The notes under the pieces were generated by a model that worked only from the letters and a program-made list of their open reading frames with translations, ran no database searches and was not told the origin of the DNA. The position numbers and the translations under genes are program-made. 64,000 bases of DNA from an uncultured cyanobacterium (GTDB lineage: Bacteria > Cyanobacteriota > Cyanobacteriia > Cyanobacteriales > CAWCAG01), in NCBI GenBank assembly GCA_963803805.1, contig CAWDOD010000002.1, positions 288,001 to 352,000 on the forward strand, in the 5' to 3' direction. Shown here piece by piece: positions 57,521 through 64,000 of this stretch; the stretch's first letter is position 1; the number at the start of each line of letters is the position of its first letter.

Positions 57521-58406
57521 AAATCTCAGCCCAAGCCCTTTCTATTAAACGCCTAGCTAAAGTTTGAGTTCCTGTATGTTCGTAGTAGTTAGTTGCCATA
57601 TCAATAAAAGCCGCTACATAATCTAACTTACTATCGGATACCTCAGCAAAGCCGCTAATTTTATCCATAACTTTGCTTTGGGTTGCACCGCTAGAAGTAA
57701 CAAAACCACTCATCCAACCCTTAACAGAGTCGAAACTTCTACCAATAAAATCAAGTTTGCTATCATTACTTTGCCCAGGAATTGAATCTTTAATACTGCT
57801 GAAAGTATCATTTTTCTCTAACTCTTTGGGGCTAAGTTTGTTTAAGGCAGCTTGGGTTTGCATGATAAAATCTGGCCCTAAAGGAATTAAACCATCTAAA
57901 CAAACCAATGCCGCCATACGCATCAAAGACTCCCCGCTATATTCCCCTAGGGAGGCTACAAAATCGCCAATACTATCTCCAGGAATGCCGTTTATTTGGC
58001 AAAAAGCCACCAATTCCACCACTAACTTAAGACTCAAATCAATAGTTTGGGCCTTATCAGCTTTGGGAGTTATTTTACTTAATAAACCCAAAAGTTTGAT
58101 CTTTTCTCCCACTTTATTAGCTAAAGCGGCTGTAGCCAAAGCTTTATCAGTTCGATCCACTGTTTGGTATAACCATAATGCCCTCTGATAACCTTGGGAC
58201 TTATCGTTGTACAACCAAACGGCGCGATCGCCTATTTGTTGAACCATATCTTCATCGGTTTCCCCAGTTATCTTGTGGATAGTATTCTCAAAACCGACGA
58301 TATTTTCCCACTTACCAGGAACAAATATATCCAATGACTTCAAAGCTTTAACGGTCAATCCCCCTTGAGGAAGATCATCAACCAACTCAAAAATAGGCTT
58401 ACTCAC
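57519..58406 (-). CDS. Cyanobacterial hypothetical protein
   Basis: 295-aa ORF with SD GGAG; TNYYEHTGTQT. Confidence 0.8.
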   Translation of the reverse strand: MSKPIFELVDDLPQGGLTVKALKSLDIFVPGKWENIVGFENTIHKITGETDEDMVQQIGDRAVWLYNDKSQGYQRALWLYQTVDRTDKALATAALANKVGEKIKLLGLLSKITPKADKAQTIDLSLKLVVELVAFCQINGIPGDSIGDFVASLGEYSGESLMRMAALVCLDGLIPLGPDFIMQTQAALNKLSPKELEKNDTFSSIKDSIPGQSNDSKLDFIGRSFDSVKGWMSGFVTSSGATQSKVMDKISGFAEVSDSKLDYVAAFIDMATNYYEHTGTQTLARRLIERAWAEI

Positions 58407-58450
58407 AATTTTCTCTCCACTTAATTACTTATTACTTAATTGCTGATTAC

Positions 58451-58978
58451 TTACTGCAACCGTGCTAACCCATTAAGATCAAACTTGCTTAACCAATCAG
58501 CGCGATCACTGGCAGTAAAAGCAGGATTTTTCGAGAGAACTTTGACTTGAAAACGGTCATCTACTAAGAGTGCAGTTCCTGTGCTACCTTGGTTTACCAT
58601 TGGATAACCAGAAATTTTATCTTTGCTCTGTTGAAATTTAACTGCTGCGGTGGGATTACTAGAAGTATCTGATACACTCAGCAAGGCTACCTCTTGACCA
58701 TTTTGTTTCAATTTAGCTTGGGCAAAACCTTTTTTCTCTTGGGTATAAACCAAGTTATAATTTCCGCCAGTTTTTGGGAAAAACTTATTGAAATCCCCTC
58801 CAGTTTGGGCATCTTTAGATACTGCTGTAGCCCCTCTTTGGGTGCTTTCCTGTTGTGCTTGGTCAAAACGTGAAGTTTCTTCGGGGGCGCAAGCAGTTGT
58901 TACTAGTAATAAAGTTACTAATAGACAAGAAGCTAGGATCTTTTTCCAGCGTGAGATAATCATTAAACTTATCCTCAT
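58451..58978 (-). CDS. Putative lipoprotein
   Basis: Lipobox-like VTTAC; SRFDQAQQES, FNKFFP. Confidence 0.75.
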   Translation of the reverse strand: MRISLMIISRWKKILASCLLVTLLLVTTACAPEETSRFDQAQQESTQRGATAVSKDAQTGGDFNKFFPKTGGNYNLVYTQEKKGFAQAKLKQNGQEVALLSVSDTSSNPTAAVKFQQSKDKISGYPMVNQGSTGTALLVDDRFQVKVLSKNPAFTASDRADWLSKFDLNGLARLQ

Positions 58979-59196
58979 TTATTGAGCCTGTGTTTACAAG
59001 TCTTACCTACTATAGAGGCACTTCTGTTATTCCTTCAGCAGGATTGTCTAGTAAAGAAGTTAATCTATACCAAGATAGTTGCAGAAATATTCCCTTTTTG
59101 CCCATAGCCAATACTTTATTTTTTATTCTTTGTTATGAAGATTAAAGATAAAGTTAAATTTTTTCAATCCCTCTTTTGTGCTTGTTTCGATTAACC

Positions 59197-60420
59197 ATGC
59201 GAATCTTAATTTACTCTTACAATTACTTCCCTGAACCTATTGGTATTGCTCCTCTGATGACGGAATTAGCGGAAGGTTTGGCAGCAAGGGGTCATGAAGT
59301 CAGGGTTGTTACGGCTATGCCTTGGTATCCTAAAAGCGAGATTTACGAGGAATATAAAGGAAAATTATATCTTACTGAAGAGCGCAATGGCGTAAAAATT
59401 CAACGTTGTTACGTTCGTTCTAGCTCTAAACGTAGTTTTGCTAATCGTGCTTTATTTGAAGCTAGCTTTGTCTTACTAAGCTTTTTTAAAGCCCTCCAAG
59501 GTTGGCGGCCTGATGTGCTTCTGTTAACCATACCTGGTTTACCTGTGGGAGTTCCTGCGGCAGCTTTAGGCTGGTTGTATCGTTGCCCAGTAGTCTTAAA
59601 CCTACAAGATATTTTACCAGATGCTGCTGTTCATGTCGGCTTACTTACCAATGAAAAACTTATTAATATTTTTACCCAGTTAGAAAAATTTGCTTACCGC
59701 ACCGCTACGAAAATAACCGTCATTTCTAATGGTTTTATTGATAATTTAACGGCAAAAAAGGTTGACAGGGAAAAAATCAAACTAATTCCTAATTGGGTCA
59801 ATGTAGATTTTATTAAACCTTTACCCAAAGAAGATAATTATTTCCGCCGGGATAATAATTTAGCAGGTAAGTTTGTTGTTCTCTATTCTGGTAATATTGC
59901 CCTCACCCAAGGTTTAGAAACTGTTATAGAGTCTGCAACTTACCTCAAACAGCTTCAGGACATTGTTATTGTTATTGTTGGGGAAGAAAAAGCCTTAGAA
60001 AGATTGCGTCAATATTGTCAAAAGTTAGGGGTAGATAATGTTTTACTCTTACCTTTTCAACCAAGGGAAAAACTACCAGAAATGCTCTCAGCAGCAGATA
60101 TTGGCTTGGTTGTACAAAAGAGTAACGTTATTTCTTTTAATATGCCCTCTAAAATCCAAGTTCTCTTAGCTAGTGGTAGGGCGATTATCGCTTCTGTACC
60201 TGCTACAGGAACTGCGGCTAAAGCTATTGAAGCTAGTGGTGGTGGGCTAATTGTTCCCCCGGAAGATCCCGAAGCCTTAGCTGGGGCGATTAAAGATTTA
60301 TATTCCGAACCAAGTAAAATTGTTTCCTTGGGGCAAAATAGCCGTCAACACGCTATCGATAACTACTCATTTACTAGCGCCTTAGACCGTTACGAAGAAC
60401 TTTTTGCTACTTTAACTTAA
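59197..60420 (+). CDS. GT4 glycosyltransferase (WcaI/WbuB-like)
   Basis: NYFPEPIG, YSGNI, MPSKI. Confidence 0.9.
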   Translation: MRILIYSYNYFPEPIGIAPLMTELAEGLAARGHEVRVVTAMPWYPKSEIYEEYKGKLYLTEERNGVKIQRCYVRSSSKRSFANRALFEASFVLLSFFKALQGWRPDVLLLTIPGLPVGVPAAALGWLYRCPVVLNLQDILPDAAVHVGLLTNEKLINIFTQLEKFAYRTATKITVISNGFIDNLTAKKVDREKIKLIPNWVNVDFIKPLPKEDNYFRRDNNLAGKFVVLYSGNIALTQGLETVIESATYLKQLQDIVIVIVGEEKALERLRQYCQKLGVDNVLLLPFQPREKLPEMLSAADIGLVVQKSNVISFNMPSKIQVLLASGRAIIASVPATGTAAKAIEASGGGLIVPPEDPEALAGAIKDLYSEPSKIVSLGQNSRQHAIDNYSFTSALDRYEELFATLT

Positions 60421-60645
60421 GAGCTAAAATAAAAGAAATATCTTAATAGAGACGTTGATATATAACGCCTCTACTTCGTTCTTGGCACAAAATTGAGAAG
60501 CTTTATTACCTGTAATACTTCATTAGTATTACAATCATGTTAAAGCTCTCATTCTTCCCCCAATCCCAACCCCCTGTAAAGTCCTATTTTTGAACGTTGA
60601 ATTCACCCTACTTAATACCATTCACATAAGGAACTAAAAAACTTA

Positions 60646-61062
60646 ATGTCAGATAACCAATACAATCTTCATCATGGGTCTACTATAACTACATCAGAAA
60701 TAACATCAACCGAAGATAGTCGAAGCTTGGCTTTAAGTATTGCTGAAGCCGCAGATGATCGCAAAGCAGAGGATATTATTCTTTTAGGAGTAGCTGATGT
60801 TTCTTATCTAAGCGATTATTTTGTCATTGTTACAGGTTTTTCCCCAGCACAATTAAGGGCAATTTCTGAATCTATTCAAGAAAGGGTAGAACAGGAGTGG
60901 CAAAGGCAGCCTATCCGTACCGAAGGCAAAGCTGAAGGAAGTTGGATTCTTCATGACTATGGCGATGTTATTGTACACATCTTTTTACCCCAAGAAAGAG
61001 AATTTTATAACCTAGAAGCATTTTGGGGTCATGCTGAACGCATTGATTATTCAACAAAGTAG
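60646..61062 (+). CDS. rsfS: Ribosome silencing factor (Iojap)
   Basis: DDRKAEDI, WILHDYGDVIVHIF, REFYNLEAFW. Confidence 0.95.
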   Translation: MSDNQYNLHHGSTITTSEITSTEDSRSLALSIAEAADDRKAEDIILLGVADVSYLSDYFVIVTGFSPAQLRAISESIQERVEQEWQRQPIRTEGKAEGSWILHDYGDVIVHIFLPQEREFYNLEAFWGHAERIDYSTK

Positions 61063-61075
61063 TAATAACTTAGTT

Positions 61076-61579
61076 ATGAGGGAATCTCCCGTTTCTGTGT
61101 CTCCTGTACCGACAGAACAGCAACCTCTCAATGAATACGAACAACTAAAAGAGGGTTGGTTTTTTAATTGGGCAACCTTAAGCCCTTGGCAGTATGGCAA
61201 GAAATTGGCTTGGGTTGGTTTCTGGGGTTGGTTATTATCGGCCCCTTTAGTTGCTGCAAGTTTTTCTCCTCGTCAATATCCTTGGCAATTTGGGCTTTGG
61301 GCTACTGGTGGAGGGCTATTTTTAGTAACCTTAATTGTCATACGGCTTTATTTAGGTTGGTCTTATGTACGGAATCGCTTAACTCAAGAAACAATCTTCT
61401 ATGAAGAATCTGGTTGGTACGACGGGCAAAAGTGGCGAAAACCTCCAGAAGTTCTTGCTCGCGATCGCCTCGTAGCTTCCTATCAAATTGAGCCTATCTT
61501 AAACCGCATCCAAATCACCTTAGCTATCCTAGCTGCCCTAGCAGGCTTGGGTAGTTTTATTTGTTTCCTTTTCACCTAA
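61076..61579 (+). CDS. ycf36: CGLD27/Ycf36-family protein
   Basis: PVPTEQQPLNEY, RLYLGWSYV, YEESGWYDGQ.W.KP. Confidence 0.88.
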   Translation: MRESPVSVSPVPTEQQPLNEYEQLKEGWFFNWATLSPWQYGKKLAWVGFWGWLLSAPLVAASFSPRQYPWQFGLWATGGGLFLVTLIVIRLYLGWSYVRNRLTQETIFYEESGWYDGQKWRKPPEVLARDRLVASYQIEPILNRIQITLAILAALAGLGSFICFLFT

Positions 61580-61638
61580 AATCTAGTTATCGTTTGACCA
61601 ACGACGGATGATTAATAACCAATGACGAACAACTAATA

Positions 61639-62592
61639 ATGACTAGGGCAAAAAGAACCAAAACTAATGCTATAGAAGTTCATTTACTTCGAGAAGGCAT
61701 TACTGAATCAATTCATCAAGTTCAAGCGGCAGTTTGTGATGATCGAGGCAGAATCTTATCGGTATCAGGTAGCTACGAAACCTCAGCTTTTATTCGTTCT
61801 GCCCTTAAGCCTTTCCAAGCCCTAGCTATTACCAGTAGCGGTATCCTCGAACGCCACGGTTTGACGGACAAAGATTTAGCAATCATTTGTAGTTCCCATC
61901 AAGGTACTGTAGAACAAACCAGACAAGTTTTCAATATTCTTTGGCGTTGTGATATTGACCCTTCAGTTTTGCAATGTCCTATCCCTCAAGGTAAGCAGAG
62001 TCCTTTAGAACACAACTGTTCCGGAAAACACGCTGCCATGTTAGCTGTTTGTCAGCAACAAAATTGGTCGCTCAATAATTATTTAAAGCCTGCCCATCCC
62101 GTACAGCAACTGATTCTTCGCAAAGTTGCAGAATTGTTAGCTATGCCAGGAGATGAATTTATTAGCGCCCGTGATGATTGTGGCGCACCTACCTATTCTA
62201 TGCAGTTAGGTCAAATGGCAGGTTTGTATGGCAAGTTAGCTTCGGGAGAGAATCTTTCTTTAGAACGGGTTGTCCGGGCTATGACCTATTATCCAACCAT
62301 GATTGCTGGGGGAGGGGCGTTTGATACAGAATTGATGGGCTTAACCGAAGGAGAACTTGTTAGTAAGTCGGGGGCTGAAGGGATTCAATGTCTTGGTCGT
62401 ATTGGTGAAGGTATGGGCTTAGCTATTAAGGTTATGGATGGGGCTAAACGGGCTAAGTATGCCACAGCGATACATTTATTGCGACAACTGGGTTGGATTA
62501 GTCCTGCGGTAGCAGAAACCCTGGCAGAGAAGTTTATTAATTTGGATGAGTATAAGCGTTTGGAGGTAATTGGAGAACTAACCATGCTTTAG
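61639..62592 (+). CDS. L-asparaginase II (Rhizobium AnsA-type)
   Basis: RSALKPFQA, SSH, NCSGKH, DDCGAP, SKSGAEG. Confidence 0.9.
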   Translation: MTRAKRTKTNAIEVHLLREGITESIHQVQAAVCDDRGRILSVSGSYETSAFIRSALKPFQALAITSSGILERHGLTDKDLAIICSSHQGTVEQTRQVFNILWRCDIDPSVLQCPIPQGKQSPLEHNCSGKHAAMLAVCQQQNWSLNNYLKPAHPVQQLILRKVAELLAMPGDEFISARDDCGAPTYSMQLGQMAGLYGKLASGENLSLERVVRAMTYYPTMIAGGGAFDTELMGLTEGELVSKSGAEGIQCLGRIGEGMGLAIKVMDGAKRAKYATAIHLLRQLGWISPAVAETLAEKFINLDEYKRLEVIGELTML

Positions 62593-62600
62593 TTTGAGAA

Positions 62601-62639
62601 AAAAAGACCCTACACTTTTTAGGAGTGTAGGGTCTTTTT
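62601..62639. terminator. Bidirectional terminator
   Basis: aaaaagaccctacact...agtgtagggtcttttt. Confidence 0.75.
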
Positions 62640-62648
62640 GTTTTTATT

Positions 62649-62725
<77 letters not shown>

Positions 62726-62776
62726 TCGCCTTAACTAGTATAGACGCAAAGTGTTCTAGTTGACAACTTTTATTTA

Positions 62777-63514
62777 TTATCTATGGTCGTACAAAGCCTC
62801 AATCTGTCTATCATCAAGCTTTGTAGCCGGAGTATCAAATAAAATAGCTCCAGCTTTTAAGCCAATAATACGTTGATAATGGCTACGGGCAAATTTGATA
62901 TCGTGAAGACTAGTGATGAGAGTTTTGGCCATTTCTTTGCTAAGGTGACGCAACAAATCCATAATTTCTTGTGAGCGCTGTTGGTCTAAACTCGAAATTG
63001 GTTCATCAGCTAAAATAATGGCGGGATTTTGAACTAAGATGCGGGCGATCGCCACTCTTTGTTGTTGTCCTCCCGAAAGTTGGTCAGTACGTTGGTACAT
63101 TTTTTCCGGTATTCCTACTTTAGTTAAAGCTTGGGTAGCTGTTTTCAACTCCAGGGGATAAATTAAGGACAAAGCAGCTTTAAAAAAAGACCAATGCCCC
63201 AAATGCCCGGCGTTAACATTATGAATAACTCGCAGATTATCTACTAAATGAAATTGCTGGTAAATAGTACCAATTTGTCTTTGGATACGCTGTCTTTGGC
63301 TAATACTTAAGCGGTTTAAGTTACACCCAAAAGCCCAAACTTCTCCTTGTGTTGGTTGCAAGGTTCCATTTAATAAAGCAATTAAAGTACTTTTTCCTGC
63401 TCCAGAAGCCCCTACTAAAGCAACTCTTTCCCCTGCTTCAATGCGTAAATTAATTTCTGTTAAACAAGGGAAATGATTAAATTCTTGAGTGACATTTTTC
63501 AGTTCTAAAGACAA
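62777..63514 (-). CDS. phnC: Phosphonate-type ABC transporter ATPase (PhnC-like)
   Basis: GASGAGKS, LSGGQQQRVAIAR, LADEP. Confidence 0.85.
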   Translation of the reverse strand: MSLELKNVTQEFNHFPCLTEINLRIEAGERVALVGASGAGKSTLIALLNGTLQPTQGEVWAFGCNLNRLSISQRQRIQRQIGTIYQQFHLVDNLRVIHNVNAGHLGHWSFFKAALSLIYPLELKTATQALTKVGIPEKMYQRTDQLSGGQQQRVAIARILVQNPAIILADEPISSLDQQRSQEIMDLLRHLSKEMAKTLITSLHDIKFARSHYQRIIGLKAGAILFDTPATKLDDRQIEALYDHR

Positions 63515-63582
63515 ATTTTTATGCTAACTGATAACTAATTATTGTTTGGCTTGCTGTTGCCGCAGACATCATTGATACATTG

Positions 63583-64000
63583 CTATTTTATTTTGCCAAT
63601 TTCTCGCCCTACTTGCTCAATATTTTGGTAATTATCATTATTGGTAGTGATGAACTTCCCTGCACTAAAAAGGTCGAGAATTTCTTTCTCTTCTGGTATT
63701 TCAGGATCTAAATCAAGGAAAGCCTCTTTGACTTTTTGGCTGAAATCTTCCCCGTATTCTTCCCTAACTTCAGGATGAATCACCCAATGATAATCATAGT
63801 AGGCGGGGGTACGCCAAATAACCTTAACTTTATTTGTATCTACTTCTCCTGCTTTAAAGCGATCTTCCCAAACTTGTTCGTTAACTGCACCAACTTGATA
63901 AGTGCCAGATTCTACTAACTTAATAGTTTTATCGTGATCTCCTGAAAAACCAACTTCTCCTTTAAAATCTTCTAGCTTTACACCGGCTTCCTTAAGAAAA
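63583..64000 (-). CDS. PhnD-like phosphate/phosphonate ABC substrate-binding protein, 3' part
   Basis: Manual translation FSGDHDKTIKLVESGTYQVGAVNEQVW...TPAYYDYHW; runs off the window. Confidence 0.8.
   Translation of the reverse strand, partial: FLKEAGVKLEDFKGEVGFSGDHDKTIKLVESGTYQVGAVNEQVWEDRFKAGEVDTNKVKVIWRTPAYYDYHWVIHPEVREEYGEDFSQKVKEAFLDLDPEIPEEKEILDLFSAGKFITTNNDNYQNIEQVGREIGKIK

Noticed and set aside
57673-58188. 171-aa + strand ORF, and other overlapping ORFs such as 47340-47669, 49785-50093, 5317-5604
   Set aside because: Antisense to well-supported genes and lacking motifs.

Overview
Cyanobacterial chromosome segment (low GC, frequent HIP1 GCGATCGC octamers, heptamer tandem repeats and REP-like palindromes). 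The main accessory feature is a partial extracellular contractile injection system (eCIS, Afp/PVC-like) locus at about 3.3-10.3 kb. It holds a sheath, three tube-family paralogs and two tail-assembly-chaperone paralogs, plus a divergent NarL/LuxR regulator and a DUF4255/Pvc16-like cap gene. The last chaperone gene carries a complete candidate -1 programmed ribosomal frameshift cassette: an internal SD AGGAGGT, a G-GGG-GAA shift site 12 nt later, and a 12-bp hairpin 5 nt after that. The shift would fuse the chaperone to a start-less DUF6760-like ORF, as in phage lambda gpG/gpGT. Other highlights: a phased DnaA-box cluster with no dnaA/dnaN nearby, tandem Uma2 nuclease genes differing mainly in a ~100-bp central block, a pseudokinase, a candidate multi-domain protease inhibitor, a MerR-type promoter on a Cu-ATPase, and an indel-rich pilin modification locus. 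The rest is mostly housekeeping (pilT-like, wecB, rimM, moeB, lpxD, comM, exbBD, pth, rsmE, NTRC, rsfS, initiator tRNA-Met, phnC/D-like). All family calls are from motif recognition by eye; no database search was run.
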